A DNA stretch of 64,000 nucleotides, taken from Octopus sinensis. Lineage: Eukaryota. Of the stretch, positions 37,533-48,890 are shown piece after piece; position 1 is the first letter of the stretch, and each line of letters opens with the position of its first letter. A model generated the notes under the pieces. The model had not been told where the DNA came from. It saw only the letters and a list, made by a program, of their open reading frames with translations, and ran no database searches. A program made the position numbers and the translations under genes. The stretch lies in contig NC_043012.1 in the NCBI RefSeq assembly GCF_006345805.1, forward strand, positions 32,302,001-32,366,000. Reading direction: 5' to 3'.

Positions 37533-39221
37533 GAACCCTTTAGCATTTAAACTGGCCGTGTCCAGTCCAAATATTCTACTTGTTTTTTATCTTCAAACTG
37601 GCTGGATCTGACCTCTCATACTTACTCTACAATGTCATCCTAAAAATATCACATCATCAAAATATTGAAACTACAAGATAATGCCTGATTAATTAAAAAC
37701 AAGGTGAGTTATAATCATCGTTTAATGTCAGTCTTCCAGGAGCTGACCAAGCAGAAGCCCACACCATACTTCTGTGTCTGTTTTGGCATGGTTTTTTACG
37801 GCTGGATGCCCTTCCTAATACCAACCACTTGGTGGGTGTTTCTGTGAGTTCAGTTAAATGCTCATCCTCTGAATTTGGTCTTAAATATCAGTGATAGATA
37901 AGGATGCATCGATTCAAGAATGTGAACAATTCCTTATAATGAAGAAAATTTGAGCCTTGTAGGTTGGTAGGTTACTTCATGCTAATCTAACAGGTGACTT
38001 TTTTTTTTTATGTGGTCTATGATGTCTCTATGTATAACAATAGCACAGTTCTAGATGTGGTGCCTGCATTCCGTTGTGAGAAACATTCCTCATCTAAAAC
38101 CTTCACATCACATGAAATTCTTTTGAAAGCTTTACTTTTCCTTTACTTATCACTAAAAGTGAAGGAGTAGCAAAGAAATTATCAAACCAGGCTAAAAGTT
38201 TTACAAACTTTGGTTTCAAATTTACATTTAGAGTTAGTCTGTCATCCCCCAAAAAACTTAATAGAATAATTACCAAGTCTATACTGGAACCAAGTAAATT
38301 AATAGACCCCCCACTTCCCTTTCAGAAATTAGTTTATGTATGATCAAAGGAAATCAATATTTAAACCGGCCATATCCAACCCAAATATTTTACTTATTTT
38401 ATGTTCAAACTGGCCAGACATGGCCTCTTACATTATTCTATAATCTCACTCTAAAAATAAACAATCACATCATTGAAATCTTGAAGCTTCAACATAATAC
38501 ATGATTAATCGAAATCAAATTCGATGACTGGCATCCGTTGCTAGTGGAGCGCTAAGAGTACCATATGAGTGAGATCATTGCCAGAGCAACAAGCTGGCCC
38601 CCATGCAGATGGCACATAAAAAACACCATTCAAGTGTGATCGTCACCTGCATCGCCTTACTGGTACTTGTGCTGGTGGCACGTGCTGCTGGACTGGCTCC
38701 TGTGCAGGTGGCACATAAAAAGCACCATTTGAGCGTGGCCATTGCCAGTACCGCCTGACTGGCCCTCGTGCTGGTGGCATGTAAAAAGCACCCACTACAC
38801 TCTTGGAGTGGTTGACGTTAGGAAGGGCATCCAGCTGTAGAAACTCTGCCAGATTAGATTGGAGCCTAGTGCAGCCATCTGGTTTGCCAGAACTCAGTCA
38901 AATTGTCCAACCCATGCTAGCATGGAAAGCAGAAGTTAAACGATGATGATGATGATGAAGGAGAATCAATAAGCATTGTACTTGACAGAATAATCTGAAT
39001 TCTAAAAGATTAACAGACCACAGTGATAAACATTCTAATCACTAAAATATTATCTTATTTTATAAACAAGGTCATTTTATAAAAGTAAAGGCAATTGACT
39101 AAATTCAGCTTTATCCTAAAAAGTTATCATTAATTCTTTAGCAGAAGATAGTGTAGAATTATTTATCTTTATTTACATTATTTACATTTGACAGATATTT
39201 GTCCTCATCTTGTTTGTTGTT

Positions 39222-39267
39222 AACACAATGTTTTGGCTGATATACCCTCCAGCCTTCATCAGGTGTC
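39222..39267 (-). ncRNA. Decayed Penelope-type minimal hammerhead motif (GAAA to AAAA)
   Basis: GACAC-CTGATGA-aGGCTGgagggtataTCAGCC-AAAAC-AT-T-GTGTT. Confidence 0.5.
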
Positions 39268-39331
39268 TTGGGGAAATTTCAAACCTGGGTTCTCATTCCT
39301 CAGGTATTTTTTGATGTTTGTTGTTGTTGTT

Positions 39332-39368
<37 letters not shown>

Positions 39369-39395
39369 CCACCACCACCACCACCACCATCATCA

Positions 39396-39439
<44 letters not shown>

Positions 39440-39616
39440 TGACCTGAATCTGCTTGAAATCGAACTTGGAATCTTGGGGTTAGTAGCCTGCACTCTTAAC
39501 CAATATGCTATATGCCCATGGGCATATGACATAGTGACCTGAATAATAATAATAATAATAACAACAACATAGAAAAATACCTTAGGAAGGAGAACCCATG
39601 TTTGAAATTTCCCCGA

Positions 39617-39662
39617 AACACCTGTTGAAGGCTGGAGGGTATATCAGCCGAAACATTGTGTT
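39617..39662 (+). ncRNA. Decayed Penelope-type minimal hammerhead motif (CUGAUGA to CUGUUGA)
   Basis: AACAC-CTGTTGA-aGGCTGgagggtataTCAGCC-GAAAC-AT-T-GTGTT; inverted partner of 39222-39267. Confidence 0.5.
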
Positions 39663-39888
39663 AACAACAAACAAGATACGGACAAATATCCGTCGAATGT
39701 AAATAATGTACATAATTCCTTATCTCTTAAATATAGAACTATTTATCTTAAATATAGAACTAAATATAGAATTATTTATCTGTCTGGGTGCATGTTGAAC
39801 TACAAAAAAAAAAATTAAAATAAAAAAATGTTTAGCAATGTCAATAATTGTAACATAAGCAAGATTAGCAGTAAAATAGAATGCATAC

Positions 39889-40163
39889 TTTCTTTGCCAG
39901 AGAAGTTTTGTTCCAAAACACAATATAGTACAGATGTTGTGCCATTTGTATACAAGCAAGCCATTGCAAGCGTTGAAGTACAAGAAATGATGCAAAGAAT
40001 ACTGACAGAAGGTCAAACACGAAATAGTAGTTGACTTGTACAAGGTCCTTCCTGGGTAGAAGTCGAAGTCTAAACAACACCATACTATGAGTCATAGCAT
40101 GGAACACTTCACTGCTTAGTATTAAAGTTGCTATCGGATGCATGTCTGGCAGCAGAACTGAAT
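39889..40163 (-). CDS. Upstream coding exon of the membrane protein (ATG at 40143; frame open from the acceptor)
   Basis: ctattccacag/AT..., MHPIATLILSSEVFHAMTHSMVLFRLRLLPRKDLVQVNYYFVFDLL...QHLYYIVFWNKTSLAKK/gtatgc. The phase-0 donor matches the next exon. Confidence 0.72.
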
Positions 40164-40503
40164 CTGTGGAATAGATAGAGAATAAATATGTAAATAAAAT
40201 ACAGGTAAGCTGATAAACAATGTGGGTTCTTTAAATGTTCAGAGTAAATAGCTAGAGAAAATGAAAAAAATGTCTTTGAGGTACCTATCTGTTATGTCTA
40301 TTTGCGTTTGAGAAAAGAAAGCAGTCTGTTAATCAGAACTGAAAGGGAAACTTTACGTTATTGATACAGGTGTATTAGCGACAGACAGGTAGACAGACAG
40401 ACAGACAGGTAGACATAAAGTACATAAGTGTAAAATGCTTGCACTTATTTTGCTCCATGTTGTGCCTGCAAAACTTTGTCTGTTGGTTAAATAAAAAATA
40501 TCA

Positions 40504-40875
40504 TCTCTATATATATATAAACGGCAAAATGTCTCTGTGTGTGTGCGTGTCCTTTATACAAATCTACAATTTTTCAGTTAGAGGGCTTGCACTTACTATG
40601 GTCATTCAAAACCATCCAAAGATGGTCATGCACATCTTTACATTTCCCCAGTCACCCCGCAAAGCCATTAAAAAATCAATAGAAGTGACTTTTTTGTGAA
40701 TTTTCTATCCAAAACCCAATCAAAATGCCCAAAACTTAATACGTCAATTGAATGCCAGCTAGCTGTATGTGATTGGTCGGAGATTTGGACAGTACTCGTG
40801 TGTATGTGCGCACACACGCAGCTGTATATGCATGCACTAGCACTATGACCCAGCATTGCCGGGTCATAGTGCTAG
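40504..40875 (+). mobile_element. Non-autonomous Helitron
   Basis: A/TC-tctatatatatataaa start; 3' hairpin ACTAGCACTATGACCC...GGGTCATAGTGCTAG ending CTAG/T; no TSD. The same 3' end occurs at 60890-60988. Confidence 0.72.
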
Positions 40876-42137
40876 TTACATTATTAAAGCATTTTCACTA
40901 ATCCCAGCGCTTGTCTTAAGTAGAAAATATTACACAGTCCCAGAAGTCAGCCAAAAATCACTTCTCAAAAATGTTTTTTTTCTTTTTTACTTCTATTTGC
41001 TATGGGAAATAAAACTGTTTCCTAGGTAAATATATCACTTGAAAATCATTTGAAATTTTATGATTTCTAGGAAATTATAGTGAGTGTGTGGTAGTGAACC
41101 ATAGGAATGATTAGGCATGGTGGATGTCTGGTAAAGAAACTCACTTTGCAACCTTGTAGTCTCAGGTTCAATCCCACAGTGTGGCACCCTTGGACAAGTG
41201 TCTTCTGCAATTGCTGTAGGTCAACTAATGTCTTGAGAGTGAACTTGGTAGACAGGAACTGTATGGAAGTCCATTGTGTGTGTGTTTGTTTGTGTGTGTG
41301 TGTATTATACATTTGTGTACTGTGTTTGTGTTTGCACCAGCACCACTTGAAAACTGGTGTTGGTTTGTTTACATTTCCATAACTTAGCAGTTCAGCAACA
41401 GAGACTAACAGCCTAGGTACCAGACTTTAAACACAAATAAATAAATAAATGAGTACTGGGGTTGGTTTGTTCAACTAAACCTTGAAGATGATGTGCCAAT
41501 ATGGCTCCAGTCAAAGGACTGAAACAAGTTAAAAAATAGAAGACAAAGGTAACACCTGAAACAGAATGACCAGTGTGCTACACATAGGAATACAAACTAC
41601 AAATGGAAGGCAATTTCAGAGGAAAAGTAGAAATGTTTGTAAGGTGCATTACAAGAAAATAGTATAGGTACTTAAGCTACTTTATGCAATGAAGGAATTA
41701 TATTTTTATTGCAAAACAGTCATAAATGGGAAAGTTGGTTGTAAAAGAGATATAGCCATTATGCTTAGACACGACATATTGCAAACATTCACTCTAAGCT
41801 ACTAATAAAGTTGCCAGTGAACAATACTATTCAGAGTGATTTGTCACATACCATATGTTTGAAACAGTTGGTTAGCATTAATGTCTTGAGTGTGGAGTAG
41901 GGGCTATATGTATATATGTGGTGTCAGGCTAAATGTGTGTGTATTTTTTTCACTATGTACAAATAACACAGAAAAAAAAAAATAAATAGTTACCAGGGTA
42001 GCAAAAAAATTCACATAAGTACTAAGGGTGTTACAGCTTACTTAAAAGGTAGAAATTCCAGGGTTTAGTGAAATGTTTTTGTATAAGAGATAAATAAAGA
42101 AATGGAGTTAAACGCAGGTGTTATTCAAATCTTTATA

Positions 42138-42226
42138 CTTTCGACATATGTTTCAAAGAAAACATTGGTATTATTCCAGAGGGAATAAAATGATGTAAAA
42201 CAATGCGATCTTCTCATCAAGGAAAA
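42138..42226 (-). ncRNA. Hammerhead motif with a 1-nt core insertion (CUUGAUGA), long stem II
   Basis: TTTTC-CTTGATGA-GAAGA...TTATTCC ctct GGAATAA...TCTTT-GAAAC ATAT GT-C-GAAAG. Confidence 0.5.
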
Positions 42227-42290
42227 AAAGAGAAACGACATTAATAAGCCATTTTAACCAAATGTGATGACTGCATATATGATGAAGGGA

Positions 42291-42329
<39 letters not shown>

Positions 42330-42532
42330 AGTAATTGAATGAATTATCTTATTAAGGATAATTCGAAAGATAACCGATACCTGGGTAGCAAATTCACATC
42401 AGAAAAAACACGGTTGAAGCTACGTCCCTAGGGCATAGACTACGTGTCTTCGCGCGGAAATTTGTATGTTTATTTTAAAATTATAAGTATATGAAAGAAT
42501 GGAGTTGAACGACTAGTTAGCAAATATCCTTT

Positions 42533-42617
42533 ATTCTCGACATATGTTTCGAAGGCTGCATATTCCTAATTCCGAAGGAATGAGGAGTACATTATGCAGA
42601 TTTCTCTTCAGGAAAAT
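42533..42617 (-). ncRNA. Type I hammerhead ribozyme motif with intact core and palindromic stem III, predicted cleavage after GUC 42539
   Basis: ATTTTC-CTGAAGA-GAA..CTGCATA...TATGCAG..TTC-GAAAC ATAT GT-C-GAGAAT; G-C pair at the base of stem II. Confidence 0.75.
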
Positions 42618-42650
42618 CAAGGAAACTTATGTCGACATCAAAATGCACAA

Positions 42651-42729
42651 AAACTTTTAGCTGACCGCTCTCAAGGAGCCCATGGCGATAATCGCCATGG
42701 GCTCCTTGAGAGCGGTCAGCTAAAAGTTT
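42651..42729. repeat. Perfect 79-bp palindrome (39-bp arms, 1-nt spacer)
   Basis: AAACTTTTAGCTGACCGCTCTCAAGGAGCCCATGGCGAT-A-ATCGCCATGGGCTCCTTGAGAGCGGTCAGCTAAAAGTTT. Confidence 0.97.
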
Positions 42730-42858
42730 GTATCTGAGAACTCTCTGCATTCAATAAAACAGTGGCCCACAATGTGTTTGCAGTGCCAGTACTCATACCA
42801 ACATTTGGATGCTTGACGAGATCTGAGCCATTGATGTGAAAACCCAAAAAATACTAAC

Positions 42859-42877
42859 ATGCACACAATTTCCACAT
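42859..42877 (-). CDS. Candidate 19-nt first coding exon (MWKLCA) of the membrane-protein gene
   Basis: ATGTGGAAATTGTGTGCAT/gttagt is phase 1 and fits the phase-1 acceptor at 40163. A CRE-like TGACGTAG lies at 42882-42889. It could be chance. Confidence 0.25.
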
Positions 42878-42999
42878 AAAGTGACGTAGACTGCCTCTAC
42901 ACAAAATGAAAACAAGGTGGCAGAGGCTTAACATCAATCCATAATGCATTTGAATGTCACATCATATCCCTTTTAACCACCAAGCATTGAAGTGCAACC

Positions 43000-43620
43000 C
43001 TTGACCAAGTTTGCATACATGAGGCTGGAAGGCAGCTCCTTGAGCAACAGTCTTTGTCTGATAACCTAGAATACATGCCCAAAGAAGTCACACGACTCTA
43101 CCGCAATGTATCATCAGACGAAAGGATGAGCCTATTTGAGCAGAGGACTATGCATGGATATGTTAGAAGAAAGCTCCATGATGAGAGTAACATAGATCAT
43201 CAAAGCAGTTTATCATGGCCGAATAGCCAGATTACTACCTCCCACTTTAAAGGGTATGCGTTTGCAATCCAGGAACAGGAAATATCAACCAAGTACCTGA
43301 TGCACAAAAGGGATAGAGATGCAGGAAAAGCCATAAAATGTGACAACTGATGCAGACTTTGTGGAGTTTACACTGAAGATATCACCCACATCATAAGCAG
43401 TTGTCCAAAAATGTCATCATGGTATTATCTACAAGTGAGACATGACATTGTATCTAGGACACTCTATAATGAAATCTGCTGGAAGGATAATCCTGAGGAC
43501 AAAAAAAAAACCCTATAATATGGTAGAAGCCATAGCCACTCATAAAGGAATACTGGTGGAATGTACCACTGAAGACCTCAATAAAAGTAAGCACAACAGA
43601 CCTGATATAACAACAAAGAA
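43000..43620 (+). mobile_element. R4/Dong-type LINE fragment (CCHC finger upstream of the RLE domain)
   Basis: FAIQEQEISTKY...CRLCG..TEDITHIISSCPK...RHDIV. Confidence 0.75.
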
Positions 43621-44608
43621 GATGAGGACAAATATCCGTCAAATGTAAATAATGTATATAATTCCTCATTTCTTAAATATAGAACTGTATAAACTGAATG
43701 ATGACATACATACATACTTACGTATATGCACTTGTATGCATGTAAATCAATGATTGGCGGCTACAACACTAAGGGCCACGGAAAAATTCCTACAAAGAAT
43801 ATCTTTGAAGGTGCATAACCAAAATGTCGCTATTGGAATGGCGTGAATGGTGCAATCCTGCACTACCAAATGCACAAGTTCTGCTGGGCTAGACACATTG
43901 CAAAGTTCACAGACAACAAGGGAACCCTTGCCGTTGTCAAGTGGAATCAGAGGGATTAGGGAAAAAAAAGTCACTCGGATGATGTCGAAGATGATGGATA
44001 GAAGTTATAGTCCTGGAATTTGAACCTAAGTTGAAGAGAAGGGTGCACTGAAGTGAAGAATGTAGGTGCATTGTGACCAGGAATTTATAAAGATCTATGA
44101 TAGTCTACTCGTTGGAACGGTAGAATGATTTATAATACACAATACACACACACACACATGTGTTTACTTATACATATATACACAAATCTAGACATACACA
44201 CACACGCAAATATATATGTAAATTCTCTCTCTCTCTCTCTCTCTGTATATATTGTACTCGTATATGTGTGTGTATTTAAATGGGGGAGGCCGGTTTATGG
44301 GATTACCCTGGGTTTCTAGTCCATAAGGGGCTTAGCCTTATGGCATAACGTCAGACCACCCCAATGAAAACGTGTTGGCCTATATATATATAGGTTTTCT
44401 TTCGTTACAATCAGCATAGTTGTCATGTAACTAAAGATATATATATATATATATATACATATACATATTTATTGGTAAAAACGGTAAGATAACAAAAGAA
44501 AGAGACCTCAATAGTATGTAAATAGAGGAAATTTATCCGTAAAATATGTGACAATTATTCAATAGCCAAGAGTTTTATCTTGCCTATTGAATAATTGTCA
44601 TATTATTT

Positions 44609-44609
<1 letters not shown>

Positions 44610-44682
<73 letters not shown>

Positions 44683-44762
44683 CATACATATATATATATG
44701 GCTATATGTATATATATATACATATATATATATACATATACATACATACATACATACATACA

Positions 44763-44794
<32 letters not shown>

Positions 44795-44815
44795 CATACA
44801 TACATACATATATTA
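44610..44815. repeat. Compound (TA)n/(TACA)n microsatellite
   Basis: Directly visible repeat. Confidence 0.95.
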
Positions 44816-46057
44816 TAATAATAACGGGTAAAAATCCTGGTGGTCAGCGCGGAAATAAAAACCTCATAGGTAAATTTTTACAAAATATTTTATTAATTAT
44901 AAACATAATTATGACAAGGGATTAGCTATACGCCTCATCACACACGACGACTACAGACAACGATGATAATAATAATAATAATAATAATAATGCTGATGAT
45001 GATGGAAAGATAAAGAAGATGATTTTTCATGACGATAGCAGGGTTTTGATGCTGATGGATAAAGACTACGCAATATCAATTGTAAATAAATATTGAGGAA
45101 AACAAGTTTTATTTACCTTTGTTGTTGTTGTTATTAATCCAGGTCTGTCAGGTTTGAATAACGGCCAGATTCTCTCTGACACACTGCACTGTTGTTACTG
45201 CTGCAACATATGCAATATGTGTCAGTGCGTGCGAGTGTGTCTGGTTTAAATGGCTTGGGTCTAGTTATACTTCAACCAATGTAACAAGAAGTATTATGTA
45301 TAACTACAATACTCCCGATTAGATGCAGTAGCTGCAATAACGATGATTAACGGGGTGCTTGAAATACCGCCGTTACAGTGTAGATAAGATTAAATGGGTC
45401 CGGAGCATAGGTTTCAATGTTTTCTCGTATATATCATTCTCTTTATCTTTTATTCTCTCTATCTCCCCCTCTCTCTCTCTTAATTTCCCGATTCTTTAAC
45501 GCACTGGCACACATATATAATCACCCTCTCTTATCTCACTTTTCACCCTCTCTTATCTCACTTTTCACCCTCTCTTATTCTTCTTTCCCTTTCGTTTTCG
45601 TTTTTCTACCCTGTCTTTCATTCTTCTCTCTCTTTTTCTCTCTGCCTTTCTTTTTCTTTATCCCTAACCTTCTTTTCTCATGCTTTCTCTCTTTTCCTCT
45701 CTCTCTTTCACTTTCATACGCTCACCCGTTTGTCTATTGTCTGTCTATTTCTTCCACATTCTCCTTCGACTTACATTTTCTACTATTCTTTCGATTCACA
45801 TTTGATTTTTAATAAATTTTAGGTACTCTCCTACCCGCTATCCTTTAAATGTGTTATCTATATTTTAATTCCATTCATTCTCTTTCCCCTAATTGTATTA
45901 TCTAACCCAGGGACTTCCTTCAACAGTCGCCGTCTTGGGTCTTTTTTTTTTACAATTTAAAGAGAACACCATCTTCTCGTCTTCGCTCAACACCTCCTTT
46001 TGTTGGGTTTCTCACACTTCCTAATTTAATTCCGTTTTAAGTTATGTTCCCCTATGT

Positions 46058-46101
46058 TAGTGGTTCCCAACTTCAACCTGTGGTCTGCAAAAGTAGAATA
46101 T

Positions 46102-46189
<88 letters not shown>

Positions 46190-46363
46190 AAAGAATGTGT
46201 TACAATACCATTCCACATATACAAAAACAGCCATACCAACACTCCAACATCAGCTGCCCCACGTATATATATATATATAAGGATAAGCATATCAAAAGGG
46301 GTCGGTGAGAAGACTCATTTAAATAAAAGGGGTCCTTGGTAGTGAAAAGGTTGGGAACCACTG
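46058..46363. mobile_element. Possible hAT-type MITE (CAGTGGTTCCCAACC-like termini)
   Basis: tAGTGGTTCCCAACtt at the left end and aaGGTTGGGAACCACTG at the right end; no clear 8-bp TSD. Confidence 0.45.
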
Positions 46364-46427
46364 CTCTGTCTTTGATTTGGTTATTCTCCACCTTCTCACG
46401 TTTACTTCCTTTCTTCTCTTCTTTCAT

Positions 46428-46428
46428 T

Positions 46429-46510
<82 letters not shown>
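46428..46510. repeat. (CTAT)n microsatellite
   Basis: Directly visible repeat. Confidence 0.95.
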
Positions 46511-47489
46511 CTTCCATAAAATTGGCGGTGCCCCATCATGACCTTGACTCTAAAGCTTGAAACTAGTGCAAATAAATAAACAGGTTGACTCAACTCCTCA
46601 GCTAAGTCAATCTGTTATTCAATAAATACAATACGGACTGTTGTATCATGTTATAGGATGTGGTTTTGATATATATACAGGGTGCGGTGAATATATTGTC
46701 GTCTAAATTACGCAAAAAATTGAAAGAACAATTTCGTTAAGCAAGATTATGTGAATTTGCATTTTAACAGATATACGTTATCTGATCAATAAGTATCCGG
46801 ACTGATGCCATAGTAATGTAGCTAAAGCATGCAGAGTAAAGCTGCTTGGCACAGATTGACCTTGAACTCTGCTGTGCATGCGCACTAAGTTTTAACGTTC
46901 TAGTTCACTTCTGCTGTTTACAGCAATGCTTGGAAGTAAGGTGTGTAGCGTGCGATCGTCACATTGACCATGACACTCAATGCTCCGGAGAGTGGTTAAA
47001 TATCATTCCGGTGTCTGACATGGAGCAGCTCATACATACATTCATACATGCATAAAAAGCAATATATGCATATTTACACATATTTGTTGGATGGCTTCCT
47101 CATGACTTCCTCCGCCTTTTGACAGATTTTATTTTTTGTCCTGCAGAATGACCAACAATCACCCTCCTCATCAAGCAAGCTTGTTTGGGCTTGCCAGTTT
47201 AGTCGCCGATGACCCGACCATGTAACAAGTTGTACTGGGTTACATGTTACCAGTAGTGAATATTTTACCATCAAGCTTGCTTGGTAATGAGGGTGATTGT
47301 TGGACACCCTGCAGGACGAAAAATAAGACCCATCAAAGGGCAGAGGAAATCTTGAGTAGTCAACAGCCATCCGAGAAATCATTGTTGTGGCTGATGACAG
47401 TACCACCTGACTGGCCCACGTGTTGGTGGCATGTAAAAAGCACCCACTACACTCTCGGAGTGGTTGGCATTACGAAGGGCATCCAGCAA

Positions 47490-48890
47490 AGTTTCTACAG
47501 CTGGATGTCCTTTCTAATGCCAACCACTCCGAGAGTGTAGTGGGTGCTTTTTACATGCCACCGATACGTGGACCAGTCAGGTGGTACTGGCATCGATTAT
47601 GCTTGAATGGTGCTTTTTACATGCCACCGGCACAGATGCCAATCAGGTAGTACTGTCATCGGCCACAACAATGATTTCACTTGCCTCAACAGGTCTTCTC
47701 AAGCACAGCTTATCTCCAAAGATCTTTGTCACTTGTCATCGCTTCGGCGAGGCCCAACTTCACCACCTCATCCTAGATCTTCCTGGGTCTACCACTTCCA
47801 CAGGTTCCCTCTACTGCTAGGATGTGGCACTTTTTCACACAGCTATCCTCCTCCATTCACAACACATGACCATACCAGCGCAGTTGTCTCTCTTGCATAC
47901 CACATCTGATGCTTCTTAAGTCCAACTTTTCTCTCAGGGCACTTACACTCTCACGTGTATGCACACTGACATTACACATCCATCGGAGCATACTGGCTTC
48001 ATTCCTTGCAAGATAACGTATGTCCTCAGTAGTCACGGCCCATGTTTCACTGCCATGTAGCATGGCTGTTTGTACACATGTGTCATACAGTCTACCTTTT
48101 ACTTTGAGTGAGAGGCTCTTTGTCACCAGCAGAGGTAGGAGCTCTCTGAACTTTGCCCAGGCTATTCTTATTGTAGCAGCTACACTTTCAGAGCATCCAC
48201 CCCCACTGCTGACTTGGTCACCTAGGTAACGGAAGCTATCAACTACTTGTAGTTTTTTCCCCCAGGAATGTGATGGAAGCTGTTTTCTGCACATTTTCAG
48301 TGTTTATTGCCCCTGTGCATCTGCCACACACAAAAACTATCTTCCCAGTTAACTTTCCTTTGATATTGCTGCACCTCTTATGTGTCCATAGCTTACACTG
48401 GGAGTTTCTACCTATGCCTTTTCTACAGATTGAGCAGGGCATTCTACCTGAAGGGATTTGTGATTTGTCTGCCTTCCGACTTATTAAGACTTTGGTTTTT
48501 GCTAGACTGACTCTAAAGCCCTTCAAATTCTAGACCTTGCTTCTACACCTGGAACTTTTCCTCTAGTTCTGATAGTGACTCAGCTGTTAGAGCAAGGTCA
48601 TCAGCATAGAGAAGCTTCCAGGTGCATCCTGTCTTGAATTCCTCCGTTATTGCCTGGAGGACTATGATGAATAAGAGGGGCTGATCCTTGATGGACCCCT
48701 ACTCCTACCCTGAATTCTTCACTGTATTCTTTGCCAACCCTCACCTTATTGACAGCATCCCTGTGCATGGCTTGTACAGCTGTCACTAACCGTTGATCTA
48801 TCCCTAGTTTCTGCATTGACCACCAGATAAGGGATTGGGGGACTCTGTCAAAGGCTTTCTCTATGTCAACAAAAGCCAGGTACAGACGTA
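47490..48890 (-). mobile_element. 5'-truncated RTE LINE: RT, zinc-finger-like insert region, C-terminus and 3'UTR
   Basis: LYLAFVDIEKAFDRVP, VGVHQGS, FRYLGD, AMLHGSETW, LRWYGHVL, then the shared 3'UTR. Confidence 0.9.

Noticed and set aside
39828-40034. + strand 68-aa ORF and - strand 107-aa ORF (39720-40043) as separate genes
   Set aside because: They overlap the better-supported minus-strand exon, whose frame has matching splice sites and phase.
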